Shown here: one piece after another, positions 31,457 through 39,034 of the stretch
Layout of the letters: each line of letters opens with the position of its first letter
How positions within the stretch are numbered: position 1 is the first letter of the stretch
The notes under the pieces: model-generated
The model's database searches: none
Seen by the model: the letters and a program-made list of their open reading frames with translations, nothing else
Told to the model about the DNA's origin: nothing
Position numbers and translations under genes: made by a program
IMG/VR virus record: IMGVR_UViG_3300046744_000223
Location: 32,001 to 96,000 of that record
DNA length: 64,000 nucleotides
Source of the DNA: a virus
Reading direction: 5' to 3' (one strand)

Positions 31457-31775
31457 ACCACTCTGACCTATTAGTCTTTACGTTATCAACGTTGTTATAC
31501 TTAGGGTCACCACCCAATTTAGAAGCGGCCTCAGCAATCTTTTCGTTAACTTCATTGTCACCTAACTGACCAATTTCTTTTGCTCTCTTCAACTCCTTAG
31601 TTGTCAACTTATCACCTTTACTTAATGCTGCATACATCTTAGTATGATACTGACCCAATGGCCGTGTCTTTGTTTTAAGATACTCTGCTTTGGTATCTAA
31701 ATACTCGAAGAATGCATCTTCACTCAATTGAGTTATCTCTTCTTCGGTTAATTCATTATTAGGGTCGTAAATCAT
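31449..31775 (-). CDS. Hypothetical protein
   Basis: Directly follows a consensus promoter. Confidence 0.6.
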   Translation of the reverse strand: MIYDPNNELTEEEITQLSEDAFFEYLDTKAEYLKTKTRPLGQYHTKMYAALSKGDKLTTKELKRAKEIGQLGDNEVNEKIAEAASKLGGDPKYNNVDNVKTNRSEWFD

Positions 31776-31780
31776 ATATA

Positions 31781-31812
31781 CAAATATACAAAAAAAATAT
31801 TAAACATCCAAA
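31781..31812 (-). promoter_or_regulatory. Consensus Bacteroidota primary-sigma promoter
   Basis: TTTG-N20-TATATTTG; about 20 variant copies (TATATTAG/TATATTTA/TATCTTAG etc.) occur elsewhere in the window. Confidence 0.8.
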
Positions 31813-32213
31813 CCATTTCGTCTCATTTGTTCGTGACAATAGTAATTATACAACTCCTCAAGGTCCATTGCTTTTTTACTCATCATCTCATCCCACAAAC
31901 AAAATCCAAACTTCTCTCTTAATTCAATCTTCAAATCACGTAATAACTTTTGTTCATCCTTAAACGCTTCTTCGTCAAGCTTCAAAGCCTTTACGTTTTT
32001 CATCTTAGCAGCAGTTCTAGCCATAGCGTAGTCGCCGGTCTCATCCATTGTCTTTTGGAAGATGGAAGAGTACTCTTTACGAGCACTCTCCGCTTCCGTG
32101 TAATAGTGAGAATAATTGAAGTCCCCATTCTTAATCTTGTCAAACAAGTGAGCGTTAATGGGTAAACGCTTTTTCTTTCCTTTAGTATACCATCTGAACG
32201 GATTATATCCCAT
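31800..32213 (-). CDS. Hypothetical protein
   Basis: 137-aa ORF downstream of the MoxR gene. Confidence 0.6.
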   Translation of the reverse strand: MGYNPFRWYTKGKKKRLPINAHLFDKIKNGDFNYSHYYTEAESARKEYSSIFQKTMDETGDYAMARTAAKMKNVKALKLDEEAFKDEQKLLRDLKIELREKFGFCLWDEMMSKKAMDLEELYNYYCHEQMRRNGLDV

Positions 32214-32215
32214 GA

Positions 32216-33481
32216 TTAAAACGGATTAGAAATATCTTCGGTTTCAACATTGAACAAGTTATCATCTTGAGGAATTTCACCTAAGAACTTCTGAACATAT
32301 TGTTTCATATAAACTCTTTCAGATTCAGCCCCACCACTTTGGTCGAACATTGGATAAACAGCCAACTCTGCAGCCTCACTTAGTGAGAACCCATCGTAGA
32401 GTAGAGACCCAATCTCAACTGCGGTCCGTGTAGATAGTGCGTTAGATAACTTTGGAGACTCAGACATCAACTCGTTACGAGTCATGGAAGTCACCTCAGC
32501 AACATTATTTAGAATCTCAATATCAACCGATGGGTACATCATTTGAAGTAGTTGAGTTTCCTCATCACGAGTCAAAGTATCCATTTCAATTGGAATGAAT
32601 CGGTCAAGAATTGCCCGGTCAAGAGAACGTGTAGCGGTGTACTCATTACCAATGTTAGCAGAGGCGATGAACGAAACACCATCGGCGACCTTAACAACAG
32701 GAGCGTCAGCAGCCTCATCGAGACGTAAGTAACGTTGACCTTGGTCAAGGACGGTCATTAGAATGTTGTGAGCCTCAGGATGGGCCCGAGTCAACTCATC
32801 AAGAACAACCACGGTATTTGGAGTGGATATCGCCTTGACAAATGGTGATGGGTTAAACACCGTACCTTTCTTGGTTTCAAACTGAGTGTTCCCAATCAAT
32901 GTGGTTCGTGGGTCTTGGGTAGCTCCCAAGTTAATTACAAAGGTGTTGTAACCTTCAATTGAATTGGCAGCAGCCTTAGCAGCCATAGTCTTACCACAAC
33001 CGGCTGGACCAGTCATCATAATATTCTTACCACGAATGATGTTACGAATAAGAAGTTTCCACTTCAAAGGATTCATGAACAACATCTGAGGTTTAAGACC
33101 TTCAGACTCCTCGTGAATAAACTTGAGGACATCATCTGACATCTCAACTGAAATTGGTGTTGATTGTGATTTTGGTTTATACTCCAATGATAACAACCCA
33201 CCATTTGGATTGTTGAAGTTACCAACAGGCTCAAGGTTATCTTCAACCTTTGATGATGGAACACGTGTATGTCCTAACTCACCATCGGACAATCGACCAA
33301 CGACACGAACCTTCCATCCCCACTTAGCAGGATTGTTGGCGGCCGCTCTGGCACGTTTGTAAAGAGAAGAACCCTTCTCGTTTAATTCCTCAATAAGGAA
33401 GTTAACTCCATTGGAGTCTTGAAACATTAGTTGATTGTCTACTTCTACAATCTTACCGAAAACTGATTTTTGTGACTTCAT
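32216..33481 (-). CDS. MoxR/CbbQ/NorQ-type AAA+ ATPase
   Basis: Walker A GPAGCGKT, Walker B VVLDELTR, SANIG, LDRAILDRF, STR; start moved to ATG 33481. Confidence 0.9.
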   Translation of the reverse strand: MKSQKSVFGKIVEVDNQLMFQDSNGVNFLIEELNEKGSSLYKRARAAANNPAKWGWKVRVVGRLSDGELGHTRVPSSKVEDNLEPVGNFNNPNGGLLSLEYKPKSQSTPISVEMSDDVLKFIHEESEGLKPQMLFMNPLKWKLLIRNIIRGKNIMMTGPAGCGKTMAAKAAANSIEGYNTFVINLGATQDPRTTLIGNTQFETKKGTVFNPSPFVKAISTPNTVVVLDELTRAHPEAHNILMTVLDQGQRYLRLDEAADAPVVKVADGVSFIASANIGNEYTATRSLDRAILDRFIPIEMDTLTRDEETQLLQMMYPSVDIEILNNVAEVTSMTRNELMSESPKLSNALSTRTAVEIGSLLYDGFSLSEAAELAVYPMFDQSGGAESERVYMKQYVQKFLGEIPQDDNLFNVETEDISNPF

Positions 33482-33535
33482 ATTTTTATATTTCTCAATT
33501 ATTACTCTGTAAATATAGTGATTTAGGTTCACAAC

Positions 33536-33855
33536 TCCAAACTTTTAATGTTAAGTTTATGTTAACTTTTCATATGATAAAACCGATTGTAATAACCAAC
33601 CTCACCTACATTAACATCATTCAATGGGGTGTACCCATTATACTGATTGGTATCATACAACATTCGTTCAATCATTGTACACATACCTGCTTTGAACTTA
33701 TCATCGCAATACTCATCGGTACGTTGGAGTTGGTTGTTAACGTAATCTAAAACTTTTTTTACTTCAATTGTCTTTCTCATATCTCTCAATCTTACAGTAC
33801 TAAAGTACGACATTTATTTTATAAATCCAAACTTTTAATGTTAAGTTTATGTTAA
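33536..33855. repeat. Exact 30-bp direct repeat TCCAAACTTTTAATGTTAAGTTTATGTTAA
   Basis: Copies at 33536-33565 and 33826-33855 flank one small ORF. Confidence 0.9.
33562..33780 (-). CDS. Hypothetical protein flanked by identical 30-bp promoter repeats
   Basis: ATG 33780 follows the GAGAGAT leader. Confidence 0.6.
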   Translation of the reverse strand: MRKTIEVKKVLDYVNNQLQRTDEYCDDKFKAGMCTMIERMLYDTNQYNGYTPLNDVNVGEVGYYNRFYHMKS

Positions 33856-33866
33856 AGTTATCAACA

Positions 33867-35972
33867 TTAAATAGCAACTTCAAACTTCTTATTTAAGGTC
33901 TTAGCCAGTTGGGTCATATTATTGGTGTCAATAAATTCAGCATCGTTTCCATACATTTGTTTAAACCCATCAGTACCATGCCCCTCCCATTCGGATATGA
34001 AATATGACAACACCTTAACTCCAGCCTTTCTCATTTTAGACACTTGCTCTGCCGTATGTTTTCTGGCGGCTTGACCCCCATAAGAAATCTCTTGGTTATC
34101 AAAACCAGGGAAACCATCTGAGAAGTTTATTAGGTATGTGTCCACACCTGATTTGGTTTTAGTAATCTCATTCATCACAGCCTCATAACACAACCCCTCA
34201 GGAGTAGTACCATCGGATTGAATGTGTTTAAATAATTGTTGAATCTTTGAGAACTTATCTTTACGACTATCATATGCAATCAACATTAGTGGTTGACACT
34301 TACTCCAATTGCCTGGTGAGTAGTAGATACCTCGGTACGAAATAACAACATCAATGTTGTCAGTCATCGAAGCCGCCTTAGCAATAGCCACAGCAGCGGT
34401 TTGTGTACTATTCCATTTTGACCCATTCATTGATGAACTCGCGTCAATTGAAATATGTAATACAATCGGTGTAGTGTTACTTATTAAAGTTTGTTCAAAG
34501 ATATCGAAGTTACCAAACCCAATCTCATGAATCATACGACTACTCAACTTACCACTCTTCATTCGTGGGGTAGTGAGGACACGTTCCTCATTACGAGTCT
34601 TGAGTTTCTTACCAAGAATAGTACCCAACTGAATACCCTTCTTGATATACTTATCACTACTGCTGGTTCTGTATTCCGAATTAGTCAACATACCCACCAT
34701 ATCCGAATCAATTAACCCACGGGTTAAATTGTTAATAATGTAGGTTTGAACTCCATTGGAACCAACCGACCAATTACTTTTGGCGAATCCCTTACCAGTA
34801 ACCTCAGACTTGATATCAGCCTTATCTAATTGGTCAATCTTATTCTTGTCAGACTTGGAAATCTTCTTCTTCTTAACATCACCTTCTTGAAACTCTTTTT
34901 GTTTTTCAATAGCGTTATCCAACATTTTCTTTTGGCGGTCTGAGAGTGGTTCATATTGACCACCAGCTCCATTAGGATTACCTTCACCACTTGGAGACCC
35001 ACCTTGTGTAGACTCATCATCTGAATCTGAACCATCATCGGAGTCACTTGGTGATGTTTCACCATTTCCATTAGAACTCATACCATCATCAGAAGTGGGG
35101 TTATTCTCAGTGTCACCACTCATAGGTGACTCACCATTTTCACTATCACCACCTTGTGGTTCACCATCACCATTAGACGATGAGCCAGTATCACTACCGG
35201 CAACCTCAAGTTGTTTTTCAACAATCATAAGAATCTCACCAGCCACATCCATAGCTTCCCACGATGATTTTAGTCGTGATATGTTACGTAGATTAAGTAC
35301 ATTCCAAATCTCACGAAGACCTTTAAGAGCATCGAGGTCACGATTCTCGTTAGTCAAGTTGATGATACGGAACATATAAGAATCCCAATCCTCAGTACGA
35401 TACTCAGAAGACTCAAGACCTTTGTCAATTACCTTAGAGTGAAAGTACTTATCGTACATAGACTCGTAGTAACCACGATAGCCAGGCGCCGTAGTGTAAA
35501 CGTGATTATCAATACGTCTATCTTCAACGTAGTTAAGAAGTGATTTTAGATTGTTACTAACTATGTGACTAAGTTCATCAGTCTCACATTGGTAACGATT
35601 AGCCATCCACTCTTTATCAATAGTAGTGGGTAGGTAACCACGATTCATTTCCGTAAGTGTTGTAAAGTCAGTCAGTGCGATGTGAGAACCCTCGTGGAGA
35701 GCCAGACCAACAACAGGGTCGAACTCTTTATCATCTAACTTAGCCGATATAACAACCTCAGTACCATCAGTATAGGATTGGTCTCCACGACCATCAAAGG
35801 TCACAGGAATTGACTTGCCAGTTACGATGGAAACGAAGTTAGCGATACTACGTTTGTAAGACATTAACTTCATTAAGTCATTTGACTTCTTTTCTACTGA
35901 AGAAATCTCAGTATCATCGAAGATTGACTCATCAAGCCAGAACGATGAATAGGATAGATTATTTTTTGACAT
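33867..35972 (-). CDS. VWA-domain protein with N-terminal HEXXH metallopeptidase-like domain (CobT-like MoxR partner)
   Basis: LALHEGSH, NYVEDRRID, acidic S/G/D linker, MIDAS IDASSSM...GTTPE...FSDG. Confidence 0.85.
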   Translation of the reverse strand: MSKNNLSYSSFWLDESIFDDTEISSVEKKSNDLMKLMSYKRSIANFVSIVTGKSIPVTFDGRGDQSYTDGTEVVISAKLDDKEFDPVVGLALHEGSHIALTDFTTLTEMNRGYLPTTIDKEWMANRYQCETDELSHIVSNNLKSLLNYVEDRRIDNHVYTTAPGYRGYYESMYDKYFHSKVIDKGLESSEYRTEDWDSYMFRIINLTNENRDLDALKGLREIWNVLNLRNISRLKSSWEAMDVAGEILMIVEKQLEVAGSDTGSSSNGDGEPQGGDSENGESPMSGDTENNPTSDDGMSSNGNGETSPSDSDDGSDSDDESTQGGSPSGEGNPNGAGGQYEPLSDRQKKMLDNAIEKQKEFQEGDVKKKKISKSDKNKIDQLDKADIKSEVTGKGFAKSNWSVGSNGVQTYIINNLTRGLIDSDMVGMLTNSEYRTSSSDKYIKKGIQLGTILGKKLKTRNEERVLTTPRMKSGKLSSRMIHEIGFGNFDIFEQTLISNTTPIVLHISIDASSSMNGSKWNSTQTAAVAIAKAASMTDNIDVVISYRGIYYSPGNWSKCQPLMLIAYDSRKDKFSKIQQLFKHIQSDGTTPEGLCYEAVMNEITKTKSGVDTYLINFSDGFPGFDNQEISYGGQAARKHTAEQVSKMRKAGVKVLSYFISEWEGHGTDGFKQMYGNDAEFIDTNNMTQLAKTLNKKFEVAI

Positions 35973-36034
35973 ACTTCTCATTTCTTATTACTATACTAAA
36001 GTAGTGAATATATTCGATATAAACAAGTTCCTAA

Positions 36035-36051
36035 TGTTAAGAAATTGTTAA
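36035..36051 (-). promoter_or_regulatory. TTAACA-N5-TTAACA box (VWA gene)
   Basis: 7 bp upstream of -33 CTTG. Confidence 0.7.
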
Positions 36052-36068
36052 AGTTTTCTGAAACCATT

Positions 36069-36254
36069 TTACTTGCGAGAGTAAGGACCATTGTATTCAT
36101 ACATTAGACCCATTGTAGGGTGGTTAATTGTATTACCTTTGACGATAGACTCTGAGAGTTTAGCTCCCAATCTCGACATTTTCAAACCGGTGATATATAA
36201 CTTACCACCTAACATTTTTGAATTCTCTTGACTTACGTTGATTGATTTTTTCAT
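36069..36254 (-). CDS. Hypothetical protein
   Basis: Own promoter at 36288-36320. Confidence 0.55.
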   Translation of the reverse strand: MKKSINVSQENSKMLGGKLYITGLKMSRLGAKLSESIVKGNTINHPTMGLMYEYNGPYSRK

Positions 36255-36361
36255 TTTTTATTCTTTATTAATTATCTCTCTTTACTATGTAAAGATACGA
36301 ATAAAAATCCGAAATGCCAAGAAGTATTTGAATTAATCTTAAATTTAGAACGAATCTAAAT

Positions 36362-36391
36362 AAGAAAGTTAGTGACTTAGAAATCACTAAC
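36362..36391 (-). terminator. Probable rho-independent terminator
   Basis: GTTAGTGA...TCACTAAC followed by TTTCTTA. Confidence 0.6.
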
Positions 36392-36404
36392 GATGTAACG
36401 CAAA

Positions 36405-36539
36405 CTATAAGTTTTTCTTATGTTTAGCCTTACGCGTATATTGTTTTTTACTTTTATGTACATTACCACGCATAGCCTGCCATATCTCTTGAATGGTAAA
36501 CTCTTTTTTTTGTAATGTGTCTTTTGTTTTTTTCATCAT
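36405..36539 (-). CDS. Small basic protein (44 aa), ArfA-like C-terminal motif
   Basis: Manual translation MMKKTKDTLQKKEFTIQEIWQAMRGNVHKSKKQYTRKAKHKKNL; followed by a terminator; below the ORF-track cutoff. Confidence 0.5.
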   Translation of the reverse strand: MMKKTKDTLQKKEFTIQEIWQAMRGNVHKSKKQYTRKAKHKKNL

Positions 36540-36575
36540 GTATAAATACTAAGTTATCCACAAAGTTATCAACAT

Positions 36576-36962
36576 CTATTTTTTAAATTTACCACGAACT
36601 CTATCCGATATAGGTATTGAATCACCATTTTCATCTACCCTTACGAATTTTATGTTTGTAGATAGTATAACTGATTGATTACCTGAGTATACGTTATGTG
36701 CTCTTGCTTCCATATACAATGTAACCGAAGTGGTCCCTATCTCAGCAACACTACCATATATCTTAATTAACTGACCCTCACGTGCTGGTCGTTTAAATAA
36801 ACACTCGTCTATCTTAATAGTAACGACTCGTGGAGTGTCACATACTTGAGATGCAAACGCAGCCCCAGCTGCATCTAACCAAGCAAGTAACTTACCACCA
36901 AATAGATTAGCATGAAATCCTAAATCAGATTTCTTAACTGGATGTGTTGATATTAATTCCAT
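36576..36962 (-). CDS. Acyl-CoA thioesterase (hotdog fold)
   Basis: DLGFHANLFGGKLLAWLD, F..P...G, GTTSVT, FVRVDENG. Confidence 0.88.
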   Translation of the reverse strand: MELISTHPVKKSDLGFHANLFGGKLLAWLDAAGAAFASQVCDTPRVVTIKIDECLFKRPAREGQLIKIYGSVAEIGTTSVTLYMEARAHNVYSGNQSVILSTNIKFVRVDENGDSIPISDRVRGKFKK

Positions 36963-37312
36963 TATAACTTACCATCTTTTTTCATTTGTTCTCGAATCTT
37001 AGTAGCTGATATGTCGGATACCTCTTGTGGTGGCACGTGTTCATTTATGTCATAACCCACACCTCTACCATAGTTAACCGATTGTATGTCAGGAATAATA
37101 ACAGTTTTAATTCTACCTTGAGTTATCAAGTCGTAGTGAATGTGACCCAATCTCATTTGTATACGTTTAGCGGTCCATGGGTTATTCTCATCAACCTCCA
37201 CATCTCGTATAGCAAGACAAACGTTATTACCTTTATTTAACTCTTGGTCAATTAACCATTGATGACCTTCGTGCCATGGTTGCCACCTACCTATGAATAG
37301 TGAATACTTCAT
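36962..37312 (-). CDS. Small HIGH-family nucleotidyltransferase (cytidylyltransferase-like)
   Basis: IGRWQPWHEGH and ISATKIR. Confidence 0.85.
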   Translation of the reverse strand: MKYSLFIGRWQPWHEGHQWLIDQELNKGNNVCLAIRDVEVDENNPWTAKRIQMRLGHIHYDLITQGRIKTVIIPDIQSVNYGRGVGYDINEHVPPQEVSDISATKIREQMKKDGKL

Positions 37313-37721
37313 TTAATGATTCAGTAACTGATTTGTTTGTTGTGTTAATTTTAATATCAGAGTCGTTGAATTCAAAATCAGACGCAAAGTAATCTTCACG
37401 ACCCCTCGTTTCAGTTGTATGTACGTAATAGTAATTAATATCTAAATCCCTTAGCTCATCACGTATATCATTGTAAGGAGCAACAACTGATACGAATACA
37501 TCGTACCCTTTGTATTCTAAGAATCTTGCTATATTATTAACATTACGTAAGTTATTCAACCTACCTTCTTTTGAGTAATCTTTATTATTAAAGATAGTTC
37601 TCATTTCATCACCATCAATATGTATGTGTTTCTTAAACTCCAATTGAGGTGAGTTACTTATCATAGCTTTAGCCAGTGTGGTCTTACCACTCCCTGGCTG
37701 TCCATAAAACCAATGTATCAT
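37287..37721 (-). CDS. cysC: Adenylylsulfate (APS) kinase-like
   Basis: WFYGQPGSGKTT, IDGDEMR, YSKEGR..N, VSVVAPY...R. Confidence 0.82.
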   Translation of the reverse strand: MIHWFYGQPGSGKTTLAKAMISNSPQLEFKKHIHIDGDEMRTIFNNKDYSKEGRLNNLRNVNNIARFLEYKGYDVFVSVVAPYNDIRDELRDLDINYYYVHTTETRGREDYFASDFEFNDSDIKINTTNKSVTESLNEVFTIHR

Positions 37722-37728
37722 ATTCTTA

Positions 37729-38013
37729 TTAAAGTGGTGGTCCTAATAACCACTCTTTTATTTCTTCTCTTGCTGAGTTATCTATTTGGTCTTCCCAAGC
37801 ATCACTCCATTCTTTGTGTAAGTAATCTCTATGATGTGATAACAAGTCATCACCCCTATCAGTGTATGCAATTATACCCTTCAATACAGCGTATGACTTC
37901 TTCTTCTCAGTTACATCCCAATCAGTATTTTCTATAAGAGTATACATCATCAGAATTATATCAGATACGTCTTTCTTATTCCAAAGTTTAGATATGTGTT
38001 CTTGCTTGTTCAT
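37729..38013 (-). CDS. Hypothetical protein
   Basis: Start moved to ATG 38013 to avoid overlap with tRNA-Gly. Confidence 0.55.
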   Translation of the reverse strand: MNKQEHISKLWNKKDVSDIILMMYTLIENTDWDVTEKKKSYAVLKGIIAYTDRGDDLLSHHRDYLHKEWSDAWEDQIDNSAREEIKEWLLGPPL

Positions 38014-38025
38014 TAAGAATCTTAG

Positions 38026-38098
38026 AGCGAAAGACGAGATTCGAACTCGCGACCCCCACCTTGGCAAGGTGATGCTCTACCAGCTGAGCTACTTTCGC
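38026..38098 (-). tRNA. tRNA-Gly(GCC), canonical
   Basis: GCGAAAG TA GCTC AGCTGGTA GAGC A TCACC TTGCCAA GGTGG GGGTC GCGAG TTCGAAT CTCGT CTTTCGC T; CCA not encoded. Confidence 0.96.
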
Positions 38099-38104
38099 TT
38101 ATTG

Positions 38105-38176
38105 AGCGGAAGGGTGGCTCCGCCCCACCATCTTTGAACTGGATGTTCAACGAGTTTCTCTTAACTCCTCTTCCGC
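38105..38176 (-). tRNA. Non-canonical tRNA-Gly(TCC)-like RNA, copy 1
   Basis: GCGGAAG AG GAGT TAAGAGAA ACTC G TTGAA CATCCAG TTCAA AGAT GGTGG GGCGGAG CCACC CTTCCGC T; perfect cloverleaf with atypical loops. Confidence 0.85.
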
Positions 38177-38244
38177 ATTATAGAGAATGATAACCCGTAG
38201 CTTAAATTGAGCGGCCTTATCCCAATCTTTAACCATTCTCTTTG

Positions 38245-38316
38245 AGCGGGAGGTTGGTACTGCCCCAACACCTTCTATCTGGATGATAGACGACTTTCTT
38301 TTAAGTCTTCTCCCGC
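38245..38316 (-). tRNA. Non-canonical tRNA-Gly(TCC)-like RNA, copy 2
   Basis: GCGGGAG AA GACT TAAAAGAA AGTC G TCTAT CATCCAG ATAGA AGGT GTTGG GGCAGTA CCAAC CTCCCGC T; perfect cloverleaf with atypical loops. Confidence 0.85.
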
Positions 38317-38327
38317 GTTATTGTTTA

Positions 38328-38361
38328 TACAATATACAACAATTTTTTGAATAAAACAAAT
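38328..38361 (-). promoter_or_regulatory. Bacteroidota-type promoter driving the three Gly tRNA genes
   Basis: TTTG...TATATTGT immediately upstream of 38316. Confidence 0.65.
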
Positions 38362-38389
38362 AAAATATAAAATACTTGACTGCGAATTG

Positions 38390-38474
38390 CGGAAGATATA
38401 GGATTCGAACCTATGGTACATTGCTGTACGCTGGTTTTCAAGACCAGTGCATTCGACCACTCTGCCAATCTTCC
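38390..38474 (-). tRNA. tRNA-Ser(TGA)
   Basis: GGAAGAT acceptor, CTGGT CTTGAAA ACCAG anticodon arm, long variable arm, GGTTCGAATCC. Confidence 0.95.
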
Positions 38475-38483
38475 TAACGGATA

Positions 38484-38741
38484 TTATCCCTTTAATACTT
38501 GTTTGTCGTTATCATCAAACTCACCATACTCTTGGCCAAAGTTATCACGTAGTGTAGATAGTTTATCAGTAGCATCAGTCAATTGTGATACTAACAAATC
38601 AATCTCTTCAGTATGTTGTGGGTGTTCTCCGATAGCTACCGGATTTTCAAAGTAGATAGAGATACGTGCTCTTGAATCCATAATCTCTGCCGTGTACTTT
38701 GATTCCAATGCTTGGAATAATCTTCTTGAAATTTTACTCAT
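38484..38741 (-). CDS. Hypothetical phage protein
   Basis: ENPVAIGEHP motif of a small family common in large phages; TATTTATA upstream. Confidence 0.65.
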   Translation of the reverse strand: MSKISRRLFQALESKYTAEIMDSRARISIYFENPVAIGEHPQHTEEIDLLVSQLTDATDKLSTLRDNFGQEYGEFDDNDKQVLKG

Positions 38742-38795
38742 AACGTTTCTTTTTTAATCTTATATAAATAGTCTACCCAATTTTAGTAAACTTAG

Positions 38796-38866
38796 TTATC
38801 CGACAAGGACTCGAACCTTGAATGTCTGTACCAAAAACAGAAGTGTTGCCATTACACCATCGGACA
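38796..38866 (-). tRNA. tRNA-Gln(TTG)
   Basis: TGTCCGA...TCTGT TTTTGGT ACAGA...CAAGG TTCGAGT CCTTG TCGGATA A. Confidence 0.93.
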
Positions 38867-38870
38867 ATTG

Positions 38871-38942
38871 TACTCGGTAGGGGAATCGAACCCCTCTTTT
38901 ATGGATGAAAACCATAGGTCCTAACCGATAGACGAACCGAGC
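38871..38942 (-). tRNA. tRNA-Glu(TTC)
   Basis: GCTCGGT...TATGG TTTTCAT CCATA...AGGGG TTCGATT CCCCT ACCGAGT A. Confidence 0.94.
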
Positions 38943-38947
38943 AAATA

Positions 38948-39031
38948 AGAGTAGTCGTTAGGATACGGAGTCCTATTAATAGTAACTTACATTTACCCCT
39001 GCAGAGGTGTACTAAACTTTTTACCCACTCT
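38948..39031 (-). ncRNA. Putative structured RNA / degenerate tRNA-like element
   Basis: Terminal 7-bp stem AGAGTGG/CTACTCT; internal hairpins ACCTC-TGCA-GGGGT and TAGGA-CTCCGTA-TCCTA; fills the gap between two tRNAs. Confidence 0.4.
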
Positions 39032-39034
39032 ATG

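Noticed and set aside
33828-33857. TTATGTTAAA as the XerD arm of a dif/pdif site
   Set aside because: There is no XerC arm at 6-bp spacing, most copies read ATTGTTAA, and the fixed spacing to the -33 box explains the motif better.
38105-38316. Reading the atypical tRNAs as Trp(CCA), suppressors or simple pseudogenes
   Set aside because: The loop centre is TCC and the acceptor stem and U73 are Gly-type; compensatory stem changes argue against neutral decay.
38014-38460. ORF extension 37729..38067 and ORF 38275..38460
   Set aside because: They overlap clear tRNA genes.
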